In this document: piece by piece, positions 42,315-54,895 of the stretch
Numbering within the stretch: the stretch's first letter is position 1
Layout: each line of letters opens with the position of its first letter
Assembly: GCA_026770705.1 (NCBI GenBank)
Contig: JANJGN010000014.1
Span: 115,258,001 to 115,322,000, forward strand
Length of the DNA: 64,000 nucleotides
Reading direction: 5' to 3'
Source: Isurus oxyrinchus
Taxonomy: Eukaryota
Program-made: the position numbers and the translations under genes
The notes under the pieces: generated by a model
The model's input: the letters and a program-made list of their open reading frames with translations, nothing else
What the model was told of the DNA's origin: nothing
Databases searched by the model: none

Positions 42315-42590
42315 AGAACAAAACAAAAACAGAATTACCTGGAAAACTCAGCAGTTCTGGCAGCATTGGCGGAGAAGAACAAAGTTGATGTTTCGAGTCC
42401 TCGTGACCCTTCAACAAAACTAAGTGAAAATAGGCGAGTGGTGAAATATAAGTTGGTTTAAGGTGGGGGGGAGGGGGGGGTGGGGGCGGGGTGGGGGGAG
42501 AGAAGTGGGGCGTGGGGCGTGGTGGTGGTTGTAGGGACAAGCAAGCAGTGAAAGGAGCAGATAATCAAAAGATGTCGAAAGATTGTTTAA
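42315..42590. mobile_element. Penelope-like element terminal fragment
   Basis: AAAAACAGAATTACCTGGAAAACTCAGCAG.TCTGGCAGCAT...GTTGATGTTTCGAGTCCTC.TGACCCTTC resembles a common shark repeat terminus carrying the GAAACGTC-type motif of Penelope-like elements. The family call is from recall. Confidence 0.55.
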
Positions 42591-44544
42591 GAACAAATCT
42601 ACTGAGAACAAGCCTGCATGGAGCAAGGCTTAAATCCTGTTCCATTTGCCTTGCTGCAGTAATGGGTTCAGATCTTCTACCTACAATGTTTTGATGTACA
42701 GGAGCAGCAATCTCTCATACAATAATCCAATTTCTTTTATACTTCCACCCATGATTTTCCTGATACAATCTCCCACCATCACTGGCTTCCTTGTCAACAG
42801 GATTAGCTGTAGACCATCCTTGCCCTTTAATAATCCCACTCTACAAACTCACATTAGGAGGTGCATGAAGGTGGTCCATGGTGGCTGATTTTCTCACCTC
42901 TGCTCAGCACCTGCTCAGTGTAGTAGACTGAAGTAAGAAACTTAACAACATAGAGTTATAATCAAAGATTTGTATTCCAGCTGGTGTGCACTACTCCGTG
43001 GTTCCAAATTCAAGGCCCTTTATTTAAGAAGATTGAACTTACAGCAGCAAAAACCATGGCAATGAAAATTCTATGACTGTGCCCAATTATTACGGGTCCA
43101 AATGAAATAATAACTCTGCTTTAACAATGGTTGGTTCTGGCTGTCCCTTTAGGAAATCAGTCTGGTCCAAGTGCACATTTACCTGGTTGAGTCCAGTCTG
43201 GCCTCGCATGGACTTTGTTCTGCATTTCAGTACTATTCAGCAGAAGGCTCTGTGCCAGCAAATGCTTTATCCACTAGATGAGCATTAATTCAGTTGCACG
43301 ATTGATTTGCTTCTGACAAAAAATGTTACAACCATGCCGGCCTTAGTAGCTGGGTCAAACTGATGATGTCAGCAAAGCCAGGCTACTGGTGAACAAATGG
43401 CCAGAGGCTACACTGCAAACAGCACTGTCAGAAAAATGTTTACTTGCTGTGACTTTGCTTATCCGAGTACAGGCCAGTCAACATGCATGCGTGTGATGGG
43501 CATGATTTGACTGCTGGATAAATAGTTTTATAAATTTGAAATTTATTGCAAATGCAAAATGCAGCACATCTGAATTTCTCCTCACAGCTTTCCATACCAT
43601 GTACAGCAATAGAGAATGTTTATTCAATAAGGACAAGTTAATCAGAACCTACCTACATTCTATTTAAACCTTACGTTTGTATTTCCTTTAGACTGCCTGA
43701 CAGAGGCTTAAATAAGAAATAGCAATTACTGATTTCAAATTTCCATTTCCTTTTACTGAAAGATAAATTTATACATTTACCTCTTGGTTTCTTATCATTG
43801 GGTTACATATGTTGTAAACAGGTTACCAGAATCCTACTATAAATTAATGATTCCGTTTACAACCATGTTCTACTTGGTTTATGGCTTCATGGTTCTACAG
43901 AAATTGTTACACTTTACAAAAGTCTTTTAGATAAAGGTGGAGCAAGTACATACTTTTAGGGTCATGTTTTTGGCGAGGTTTTCCACAAGCTTCAGCTATG
44001 ATTTCTACAGAGCAGCTCAGCAAGACAGGCTCCTTCAATTCTCTAAGATTATCGCTCTTGTCATATCGCTGGGTGTCAAGGCCACAAGTTTTTCTTACTT
44101 AAAAGTAACCCACTCCGAATTATGTTTAGATGATATGAGATGGCGACAGCAGTAGATAAAGATGGAGGATGATAAAACAAACAGTTCCAGAAAATTTCAT
44201 AATTTTAATGACAAATTAACTGTTTCTATGAATATTTGTCTTATCAGTTTAAAAATATTTTTTATTCCAGGTCTCTCTCACACACATGTGCACACACACA
44301 CAGAAACAGACAGACACACACACACAAACACACACACATACTGCGAGGGGGCGGGGGAGCCTGTTTAGCTATCCACCAGGTTCTGGAATGACTCACACTC
44401 TGGTTTTCCCTCCCTATTTGTGGGGATGTGCCTCTGCACTGATGTCATCGAGAACTTTGTGTATGAGGCTCAAACTTCCTGGCACAGTGCACTGGAGTGG
44501 TATCTTTCCACCCCTGCTACTAAAAGCTAGAATTTTTACAGATT

Positions 44545-45560
44545 TACTTTTTCTCATTTCCCCTGGAGGTTTTGGTTGCTTGCTGGAGAAGTGCCTGGCA
44601 ATACCTTGCACAAGTGGCCATTTGATTTATGCATGAGACTTGACAGTGAGTGCCAGTATGTTGTTCAGTTACCACAATTACAACGGGGTAACCATATGTA
44701 AAGATCAAGGGCTGACTTTTCACTTTGTGGGCAGGGAACAGGAACTGGGATTGTTTCAGGTCCTGAACCTACCCACGGGGGGAAACAGTCACTTGTTAGA
44801 ATTTTGACCGAAACACATCGAGACAGGTTCCCTGTCAAATTAAGGGCAGTGAGCAGGCTTTCTGCCAATCAGAGGCCTTACAGCTTGAGAGGAGCACCCT
44901 GCTGAAGTACAAGATAAGTAACTGGAAGCGTGCTTCAACAAAAAGGTGCCCCCTGAGCCACATAAAAAAAATAATCAAAAAGACAAGAGCAACCAGACCA
45001 CCACTGTGCGGGGCAGGGGGCAGGGTGTAGGGAAGTCCCTCTGCAGGGCAGCCTCTGGCTATATCCCACTCAGGCAAGCACGGAGGGCCTGTGGGCTTGC
45101 CATGAATGCTGACACCCTGGTCTGCCACAATGTGCCCACCTTCAGGAAGTTAAATTTCCCCTAGTCACATCCGGAAACATGGAAAAGTCCATCTGCCTCT
45201 TTAATCCTTGACTAGCAAAGCTCTTAGTGAGCCTAATAGCCTGCCCGCTTCATGAGGATAGGCAGCCTTGCCAACCTCTGAACTTTCATCAGCCAAAATG
45301 GCTGGTGTTGGAAGCGACTTCGGGAAATGAACATACCAGCTGGTCTCATAATTTCTGGGCCCTGTCTGTCTCCCGTTCGCAGCCACAGTGGGGTCTGAAA
45401 TCTCAGCCCCAAAATGTGGGGAATCTGACCAATTTTTCCCCAGGAGCACTGAGGACATCTGTAGTGCCTCTACTGTTATCCAGTTGAAATCAAACAGGGA
45501 ACCTTCCTGGCATGTAAGCCCCAGCTACTCACTGGGTTAACTAGTTGAGTCATTGAGGGA
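44545..45560 (-). mobile_element. SINE family A copy split by a MITE
   Basis: The head (45420-45560) and tail (44545-44700) align by eye to 27455-27815 in reverse. Confidence 0.55.
44709..45409. mobile_element. Harbinger-type MITE
   Basis: Imperfect TIRs GGGCTGACTTTTCA / TGAAATCTCAGCCC, flanked by CAA on both sides. Confidence 0.75.
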
Positions 45561-46029
45561 TCACTTCAGCAGATTTAAAAGCCAAATGTATTTTGCATAA
45601 AATTCAGTCCGTTCAACTGGGGTGAATTTTAAGAAAAATTCTCATTACTTGACATGGTTGTGATTGTTGTCACACTCAGATTTTAATGTCAGGACCAAAA
45701 TAATCACAACGTTGACAATGCAATTGTGGTGTTCACCCTAGGCCACAAGTCGGGAGGCCAAACTATTTTTAAGTTTGGGCCTCATTTAAATTTTACCAAA
45801 GGAACTGCGGGTGTCAAATGGATTCTCCACTATAGCTCACTGGTTTATTGTGGTGGAAAATCTACCAGTTTCTACAAGGAGGTATGTGTCAGGTCAGGGG
45901 CAGTGTGTATGGGTGGGGTGAATGAATCCTTGGTAAGGTGTGAGAACGAGCTGTCATTGAGCTAGAAGACTTTTGTATGATCTAGAGGAGCACTTCCTTA
46001 GGCCTCAAAATTTCCGAGTGGCCTTTGGC

Positions 46030-46270
46030 AACCTCTACCACCTAGTAGGCCAAGGGTAACTGGCACCACTTTCAAGTTCCTCTCTAAGTCACATGCTATC
46101 CTGACTTGGAAACATATCGCCAATTTTTCATTGGGCCTAAATTCTGAAACTCTGTTCCGAACAGATTTGGACTGCATTGGTTCATGAAGGTGGCTCACCA
46201 GCAACTTCTCAAGGACAATTCAAAAGGGCCAGTAAATCCCATTGCAAGCAAAGCCATTATTTTGTGAATT
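46030..46270 (+). mobile_element. Decayed 3' fragment of the CR1-group LINE
   Basis: ATCCTGACTTGGAAACATATCG and GGCTCACCAGCAACTTCTCAAGGACAATT match the reverse of ~53020-53200. Confidence 0.8.
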
Positions 46271-46889
46271 AATACATTTAAAAAAAATCAGTTTTGAGAA
46301 ACACTTGCGGAGTTGGGTCACATCTGTCACTAAAACTTATGGATAGCTCTGTTACTTTAATGACGAAGGTATGGAGATGATCTTCAGATTAAATCAGAAG
46401 AGAACTAGGGTCATGATTATAGATACCCAAGCTAAGTATGACTTAAAGAGTAACTATTTCTTACTTAGTCCTCTTTGTACTGTGTTTTTTACATTGAATG
46501 TAAATGTGTAGCAACTTGAAGGACATAACAGTATAGACCAATTGAATCATATTGAACATTCTGCTCTATAGCCATTTACCAGCACAAACCCAAATCCCTC
46601 CAGCCAGTACTCAAATATTGGCAAACCGATAATAATTATCCGGAGCCAGATTTTCATAGTGCACCTAACCATGACATAAACAAAAAAGAGTGTGCATGTG
46701 CCTATGCTTCTGCAGACCTGCTCTAGTTTTGGAAGAAAATGGAGTGTAAGCACAGCATTGTGCGTGGAGCAATGTTATTCAATGAGCCTCTGTCACACTA
46801 ATCCAGTACGTATAGAATTAGCTCAAGAATTGCTAACCAATAGAACAGACTGTTACTTAGACTGCACTGGGGCATTCGGTAGAGAAGCA

Positions 46890-48803
46890 GGGCAAGATTT
46901 TTAGCCCTTATGTTGGTTGGGGGGAGGGGGTGGGGGGGGGGTGGTAATGTTGGGGGAGGGGGATGGGGGTAGTGAACATACAGGCATGTGGATGTGGCAA
47001 TTCACTCCACCCAGTCAGTGTGCTGGTTTGCCATCACCATCCCGCACTCCCTCCCACCCTGGGCCATTTTCCTGGAGGTGGATTGGGGGTTGCAGAGCTA
47101 CCTGCCCGCTAGTAGTGGATGGTTAGTCTTCTTATCGAGTCCATGGACAGTCTACACATGGCCCAGCCAGAACTGGACACATTTTTGCACCTTGTTGTTG
47201 AATTCGGCAAGATCTGCAACAGTGCAGGGTTCCTCTAGCAATAGGCATTGCAGGAGATGTTGCATAGTCTGTGGCTCATTCCACATTCACAAATTGTCGG
47301 GCTGGTTGTATATCCCCATTTGCTTAGTGACACCTTTGAACGACCTACATCGGTCCCAAGTCTGTTAAGTCACTTCCAGGTTGCCCAGTTGCAATTAGCT
47401 CCTGGGGGAAGGCTTTCATCCGGTAGAATTTCCATCGCTGGGGGTTGTCTGAGACTGGCGAGCTGGTCTTTCCACAAGGTGATGTGGGCTTCAGATAGGG
47501 TTGATTGTAATGGAACAACACTGTTCATGAAGCTTTTCCTTGACTTTAGGCGGCTGGGTGTAGGGGTATGACCATGTAGAGGGTGCCTCTCATCTGATGT
47601 TTGACGGAGTTGCTCTTTCTTGCTAGCTACTGTTCTTCTTATATCAGGGGGAGTGATACCTGCCAGGATATATAGGCTGTTGGTGTTTGTTGGTTTTAAA
47701 CAACCTGTGATAAGTTGGCAGCTTGCATTCAGAATGGCATCCATCTTCTTAGCATGAGTAGATCTTTCCCATGCAGGGCAGGCGTATTCGGCTGTGGAAC
47801 AGCAAAGAGCAAGTGCACTGGTTCGCAATGTTTTCGAGCTTGCTCCCCATTTTGTGTTAGTGAGTTTATTCAGGATGTTGTTTCGTGCGCTTACTTTTGC
47901 CTTTGTCTTTTTGATGTGGTTCTTGAAGGTGAGGCATCTGGCAAGGGTGACTCCTAAGTAGATAGGGTGCTCGCAATGCGTCAGTGTTGCTCCACACCAG
48001 GTTACTTTAAGCTGGCGTTTAGCTTCACGGTTTCTGAGGTGGAATGCACACACTTGCTTCTTTGATGGGTTTACACGAAGGTGGTTTTACAATAACAACT
48101 TGGATTTTTATAGACACCCCTACCCCTCCCCACCACCCCTCCTTCTCCACCTCATGTAAGTTGTTTCAGAAAGCTGAACAAATTGGCTAGGAAAGTAACA
48201 AGCAAAGGGTGGAAAGCACTGAGGGAATTGAACTAAAGCTACAGCTAAAGGAATCACTTTATAAGTGGCTGACGAAGGATGGTGTCATGAAGGATGGCTA
48301 GTTAAGGGCATTAAATGGCCACTTAAGGCTTATTGTAAGAGGTGAACCGGAAAGTTCCAGTTGCCCTGCAGGACTTATGAGGCATCGAGAACTAGGCGAA
48401 TTGCTTGGCAATTGCGCTCCTTGTGTCAGAGGGGGAAGGCAGCACGACAGGCAGGCTTTGACGCCATCTCTGTCCAGTTGGTCACAGCTATGGCTACAGG
48501 CTCCCCATGCACAATGGTGGCCCAGCTGATGAATACATGTTTAAAGGATAGGTTTAAAAGGTTGGAGAGAGGGCATCTCAAAATGGAGGTGCCCTCACTT
48601 CCTCTTACCTGAACTGCAGGATTCATCTCCTTGTGAGCAATAGGACCTCCTACTGGTTCTCCGGCTTTGAGAGCCCACCTGCCATCCTTAATTGGCCACT
48701 AGTTGGTCAATTTGGGGAAAATCATTGCCAGGTGACTGTTTGCCCCCACAGTGTGAGGTTGTGACACCCATTTGACCCCTATCCAGAGCCTAAATTCCTG
48801 CCC
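46890..48803. mobile_element. Harbinger-type MITE (host of the Vingi-like insertion at 47128-48291)
   Basis: Ends GGGCAAGATTTT / AAATTCCTGCCC. Internal TTAATTGGC and TGGCCACTTAAGG motifs resemble those of the other MITEs. The TSD is not preserved. Confidence 0.7.
47128..48087 (-). mobile_element. 5'-truncated Vingi/Ingi-type (I-group) non-LTR retrotransposon; RT C-terminus plus CCHC finger
   Basis: Reads NHLRVNPSKKQVCAFHLRNREAKRQLKVTW...PIYLGVTLARCLTFKNH..KVSARNN..KWGA..LRTSALAL..STAEYACPAW. After a premature TGA (47370) it continues LNRLGTDVGRSK..KWGY..CECG/EPQTMQHLLQC (1-nt frameshift) to a TAG at 47152. No RNase H is seen, and the short 3' UTR ends in TAAGAAG. Confidence 0.85.
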
Positions 48804-49606
48804 ATGAACAGTTTCCCGATTCCAAAGGGATACTGTCTTGCAGAGGCAGCACAGATATAAAATTGTTATGGCCAGGTCCTGAATATACACCTCAACAACA
48901 GGAAGAGGTAGATGAGTTGAATGGCTGTTTCTTGTTCCAAGCCTGTCTTTTTGCTACCCAACATAATAATTTTCTCTGCTCACAGCAATGATTGAATCAC
49001 TTCCTGTCCACATGAGATGAGCTGAGAGCAGAAAAAAACTAAGCCTCTCTGGAGGAAAACCCTGTGACACAAGGGAAGGAAATTAATAATTGTGATCTTT
49101 TTTTCAAAAAGGAAACAAATTGAAATTATTTAAGTAAATAAAGAGAACATTGGAGAAAAGAAGGGGTCAGCAAGCTCTTCTTTACATCCAGCTATTGCAC
49201 GGCATGAGGAGAATGGGACTTTATGGTTCAATCTTTTCCTCTTTTGCTGAAGGGGTTGGCTTATGTTTCTGGATGGTTCAAAAAGCACCCGCAGCCCTCC
49301 AATACCTTATCAAATGATGTTGTGTGAGGTTAGCATGTGAATGTTCCCAAATATGAATGCTATCACTGTGGAGCACACTCCTATTCTGCACGCTGTTAAT
49401 CTACAATAACAACTTGGATTTTTATAGACACCCCCACAAACCCCTGCCCCCTCCCCACCACCCCTCTTTTCCACTCCATGTAAGTTGTTTCAGAAAGCTG
49501 AACAAATTGGCTAGGAAAATAACAAGCAAAGGGTGGAAAGCAGTGAGGGAATTGAACTAAAGCTACAGCTAAAGGAATCACTTTATAAGTGGCTGATGAA
49601 GGATGG

Positions 49607-51299
49607 TGTCATGAAATCATGATTTATATCAAAAGTAGTTTTTTGAATCTACTAGCTGGAAACCCCTAATTGAATAAGCTTTTTTTAAATAAAAGACAAA
49701 GCCACATTTCAGTGACTGGAACTCCAGCCAAAAGTGGCTACACAACTTGCATCACTGTGCCTTCTACATTCCAACACCATTGCAATGGAGACTACCTGCC
49801 TGCAAAAACCCACCAAAGACAATGATCTCAGGGGAATGTGAATGAACCACATCTCTTATCCCATTAGCATCCTGGCACTCAACTGGGTGGAGACAAATCA
49901 GTAGAGATAATCATTTGCACAATGGGACTCTGGCTGAGAGAGGGATTCCTGGACATGATCTAATCAATTTACTATTGGAATACACTGGCCATGACCTTAT
50001 TTGCATCCATGGGCAATTGGAAAGAAAAGGTCATGTGACAAGCCGACGCTTTGTGTGTTTTAAGCACCTGCTTTCTCTGCAAAAGAGGACAAGCAGTGGA
50101 GATGCTGAAGGAACAAGACCCAGAGGGGATTCCTCCCTCTCTTTTCCCACCTAACTTGCATGTTTTTGAACCCTGTCTGCTGATTGTGACTAATCCAGAT
50201 GCTGTAGACAGAACTTTTTTTGTAATAAGTCAAGCAAGCACTGTCTCCAGAAGCACAGATAAATCATGCATCTGCATCTTTAAACTGCCTCAACACTGGA
50301 AGCATCAGGACCACAGAGTGAAAGAAGCAGGATCAAGAAATTAAGCCTGAAGCTAGCCAAGTCATCAACCTCCATGAACTGTATACCCCTTTAATTTTAC
50401 TAGACTCTAATTTACTTAATCTATCCTTCTGTACTCTATAATTTATTTGTGTATGTGCAAATTGCATGGCCAGGATTTCCCGGTCTGTGAGCAGGGGGTG
50501 GGGCCCGCTCACTGATACGTAAAGTGGCGCAGGATGACATCGGGCGGAACTCCCGACTGCCCCATTCCAATTTTCAGGTCGGTGCAGGCTCAGCCGAATC
50601 AGCTGTGTGCCCGCCGACCTGTCAATGGCCAATTGAGGCCATTGACAAAGTAATTAAAATAATTAGTGGATCTGACCGTCCAACCTTAAGGTTTGCGAGC
50701 GGGCCGGGACCCCTGGCGGACATTGGAAAAAGCATGAAACTTCATCCACCGGTGGGATGAGGTTTCATGTAGGTTTTTAAAAATTTGATGAAAGTGTATT
50801 TATAAGTGATGGATGTGTCCCAACTCATGTGACAGCGAAAGAGTGCACTCTCGGCTGAGGGAATCGCCCCTCCCCCGCCCCCCGCCTGAATAGGGAGTGC
50901 ATAGCACTTCTTTGCGGATGTCACGCTGGGCGGGCCTTAATTGGTTCGCCCATGTAAAATGGCGGCGCACCCCCGATTGGGGGCACCAATTGGAGGTCCG
51001 CCCACTCCTGAATTTCCCCTCCGATGGGGTGAAAATTCTGCCCCTTGTGTGTGTGCAAAAGTTGTAGCGCATTTTGTTATTTTACTTAGGTTGGGTTCAT
51101 TACAATAAAAACTATCCTCTTTTCTATCTTAAAACTCAAGAAAGCCTGTCTGATTGTGTCTTTTATGATTATAATGCATAAACAGTTAAACACTCGCTGA
51201 ATTGGAAGGAACATCCAATTTAACAAAAAGCTTGGTGCAGTCAAACGAGGAGAGGGAAAAGAGGGGAGCCATTCAACTCCTCCTTACCTGATCATAACA
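49607..51299 (+). mobile_element. Solo LTR (Gypsy-like), ~1.1 kb excluding the nested MITE
   Basis: Termini TGTCATGA...TCATAACA (TG..CA, 7/8 inverted match), a perfect 4-bp TSD ATGG (49603-49606 and 51300-51303), and AATAAA at ~51103. Confidence 0.85.
50468..51043. mobile_element. Harbinger-type MITE, CpG-rich (relatively young), nested in the solo LTR
   Basis: Ends GGCCAGGATTTCC / GAAAATTCTGCCC. Many CpGs are retained. Confidence 0.85.
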
Positions 51300-52959
51300 A
51301 TGGGAAAGAGATAGAAAGGCAAAGTGGTTATAGGAGTTCAGAGGCCAGGGATATTATGACCTTAAGAATGGCTGACAAGGATGGACTAATTGGAACCAGG
51401 AACAACCAGATGCCAATGTCAGAGTAAAAAAGATTACATTGGGTCATATGCATGGTAGAGAGTGAGCAAGACTAGGGAGTGGTTTGATGTCAAGTTGGAG
51501 GAGAGGGGACATGGGAGCCAATGGAGTCCGGCAATGATAGCAGTAATGGTGTGGATAAGATATGATTTGGGCTGCAGAGTTCTGCCTTGTTTGAAAGATG
51601 GGGGAGTCTGGAGGTTGATGAAAGTACAAATAAGTCAATTTGGCAGTAAAGCGAGGGTTAAGGATGCATTTTCTGGAGGTGGAAAATGATAATCTTGGCA
51701 AATCATTGGATATAAGGCTGAAAGGCCAGTTTATAGTCAAGCAAGCTAACTCTGCCACAGGAGTCATATGTGTAGAATCAAGAACTAGAAGGTAGCCTGT
51801 TTGTTCCTCTACTTAGTCGAGGGAGACCAAGGACAAGGAAGTCAAAAAAGGATTGTTGCAGCACTGCTTCTTGAGGCAGCATGTACAAAACAGAAGGGGA
51901 TACCCCATGTAAAGCAGCATGACTTTTGTATATATATATTCCCAATAGTTTCCTTTCAATCTAGAATATTTGCCGCTTCACTAATGCCAACTGACCTGGT
52001 CTGGCCTGGTTTAATTTCAGAACCCTGCAAAAATTAAAGCAGCTCCACACACTGTCCTCATGTCATGTAAACTTCTGCGATGTAGGTTGTTAAGTCAATC
52101 CTGGAAAATGGATTATCATGCTACAGAATTAATAATTGACTACTGCTGTAATAAATTATTAATCAAACATTTGAATAATTGTTGCAGCTGTAGTCTTTAC
52201 ATAAATCTGCATATCTGCTTCTTGATGTGTACTGTTAGTGTACTTAAAAAAAGCTAATCAAGTAGGTACTCTCAGAACCTGTTGTCTTGTGCTGGAACTT
52301 GTAACAACATTAACCCTTGCTGTTGAAAGTTGTCTGTCTCAGGACAGCAGTAGATGTTATATGGAACAGTTACATGCACGATCATTATTATTTAATATAA
52401 AGTATTCGTTCCATACCCATAGTACAGCATGTAAATGCTGAATAATTAAGCAGCAAGTTCGCAGTACACCACCACACACAGCCTCAGACTACACAGCTCA
52501 AAGGTCAGCAACAGAACAATAGCTCCATGATATACATTAGTGATGCTGTACGCCTGTTTAACCGATTAAAACACACATTCTATTAGGATGCCCTAGTTTT
52601 GTCAACCACAAGCCAAATACTTAGGAACTTAGGATAGAAACATAGGATGATCTCATAAAAGATCATTTTGGAATAATGGGATCATGACAATGGAGACCCG
52701 AGTTCTGTTTCCTTTCCATCAGCCCCTCTCCTTAGAGTTACATTACCAAACATAGCCACATTGATGCAGGGAGACCCCATGCAGAGGCTAAATATCTCTC
52801 CCTGGTGGAGTGAATGTCATTGATAGACCTATTTCATGTGCTTCATGGCAGCTGCTCAGAGGATTGAGATTCCTAGGTTTCCCTCTAAAGCACAGGTATT
52901 GTGCAGCACAAAGAGACTATAGTGATTTGAAATAATCAAGGGGATTGGATACCCTCATT

Positions 52960-54895
52960 TTGTTTGATTCATTCATGGGACATGAGTGGCTCTGGCTATG
53001 GCAGCATTTATTGCCCTTCCCTAATTGTCCTTGAGAAGGTGGTGGTGATCTGCCTTCTTGAACTGCTGTAGTCGCTGTGGTCTAGGTACACCCAGAGTGC
53101 TGTTAGGAAAGGAGTTCCAGGATTTTGGCCCAGCAACAGTGAAGGAATGACGATATATTTCCAAGTCAGAATAGTGAGTGCCTTGGAGGGGAGCTTCCAG
53201 GTGGTGTTAGCATGCATCTGCTGCCCTTGTCCTTTTAGGTGGTAGCGGTCATGGGTTTGGCTGTCTAAGGAGCCTTGGTAAGTTTCTGCAGTACATCTTG
53301 TAGATGGTGCACATTGCTGCCACTGTGCGTTGGTGGTGCAGGGAGTGAATGTTTGTGGATGGGTGCCAATCAAGCAGCCTGCTTTGTCCTGCGTGGTGTT
53401 GAGCTTCTTGAATGTTGTTGGAGCTGCATTCATCCAGGCAAGAGGAGAGTATTGCAACACATCCCTGATTTGTGCCTTGTAGGTGGTGGACAGGCTTTGC
53501 GGAGTCAGCGGTGGAGCTACTCACCACAGGATTCCTAGCCTTAGACCTGCTCTTGTAGCCACAGTATTTATTTGGCTAGTCCAGTTCAGTTTCTGGTCAA
53601 TGGTAACCCCCAGGATGTTGTGAGTGCGGGATTCAGCAATGGTAATGCCATTGAATGTCAAGGAGCGATGGCTAGATTCTCTCTTGTTGGAGATGATCAT
53701 TGTCTGGCACTTGTGTGGCACAAATGGTACTTGCCACTTGTCAGCCCAAGCCTGGATATTGTCCAGGTCTTGTTGCATTTGGACATGGACTGCTTCAGTA
53801 TCTGAGGAGTAGTGAAAGGTTCTGAACATTGTACATTAGCTAACATCTCCACTTCTGACCTTATGATTGAAGGAAGGTCACTGATGAAACAGCTGATGGT
53901 GGTTGGGCCTAGGACACTAGCCTGAGGAACTCCTGCAGTGATGTCCTGGAACCGAGATGATTGACCTCTAACAGCCACAACCATCTTCCTCTGTGCTCAG
54001 TATGACTTCAACCAGCGGAAAGCTTTCTCCTCCTACCTGATTCCCATTGACTCCAGTTTTGCCAGGGCTTCTTGAGGCCACACTCAGTCAAATTCTTCCT
54101 TGATTTCATTGGTAGTCACTCTCACCTCATCTCTGGAGTCCAGTTCTTTTGTCCATGTTTGAACCAAGACTGTAATGAGATCAGGAGCTGAGTGATCCTG
54201 GCGGAACCCAAACTGTTAGTGAGCAGGTTATTGCTAATCCAGTGCCGCCTGATAGCACTGTTGATGATCCCTTCTATTACTTTACTGACGATTGAGAGTA
54301 GACTGAGAAGATGGTAATTGGCCAGGTTGGATTTGTCCTGTTTTTTGTGGATTTTCCACATTGCCAGGTAAATGCCAGTGTTGTAGCTGTGCTGGAACAA
54401 CTTGGCTAGGGGTGCGGCAAGTTCTGGAGCGCAAGTCTTCAGTACTATTGCCGGAATATTGTCCCATAGCCTTTGCAATATCCAGTGCCTTCAACTGTTT
54501 CTTGTTGTCATGTAGAGTGAATTGGATTGGCTGCAGACTGGCATCTGTGATGCTGGGGATCTCCAGAGGAGGCCGAGATGGATCATTCATTCGGCACTTA
54601 TGGCTAAAGGTTGTTGCAAATGCTTCAGCCTTATCTTTTGCACTGATGTGCTGGACTCCCCCATCATTGAAGATGGGGATATTTGTGGAGCATCCTTCTC
54701 CCAGTGAGTTGTTTAATTGTCCACCACCATTCATGATTGCATCTGGCTGGACTGCAGAGCTTTGATCTGATCTGTTGATTCTGGGACCACTTTGCTCTGT
54801 CTATTGCATGCTGCTTACACTGTTTGGCAAGCAAGTAGTCCTGTGTTGTAGCTTCACCAAGTTCACATCTCATTTTTAGGTATACCTGGTGCTGG
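52960..54895 (-). mobile_element. 5'-truncated CR1-group LINE, decayed reverse transcriptase ORF2
   Basis: Frame-shifted pieces: IPAIVLKTCAPELAAPLAKLFQ, DKSNLANY..LSLLSIVSKVIE, AGVPQASVLGP, decayed (F/Y)ADD site, QDLDNIQAWADKWQV.F.P.KC, ILGVTIDQKLNW, YSPLAW. The 3' tail is GGGCAATAAATGCTG..ATGAATGAA. Confidence 0.95.

Larger units (their letters stand above)
49400..51790 (-). mobile_element. Old L2-type LINE fragment (49400-49606 and 51300-51790) split by the solo LTR
   Basis: ACAATAACAACTTGGATTTTTATAG is the reversed L2-like tail. The purine-rich L2-like body resumes after the LTR. Confidence 0.6.
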
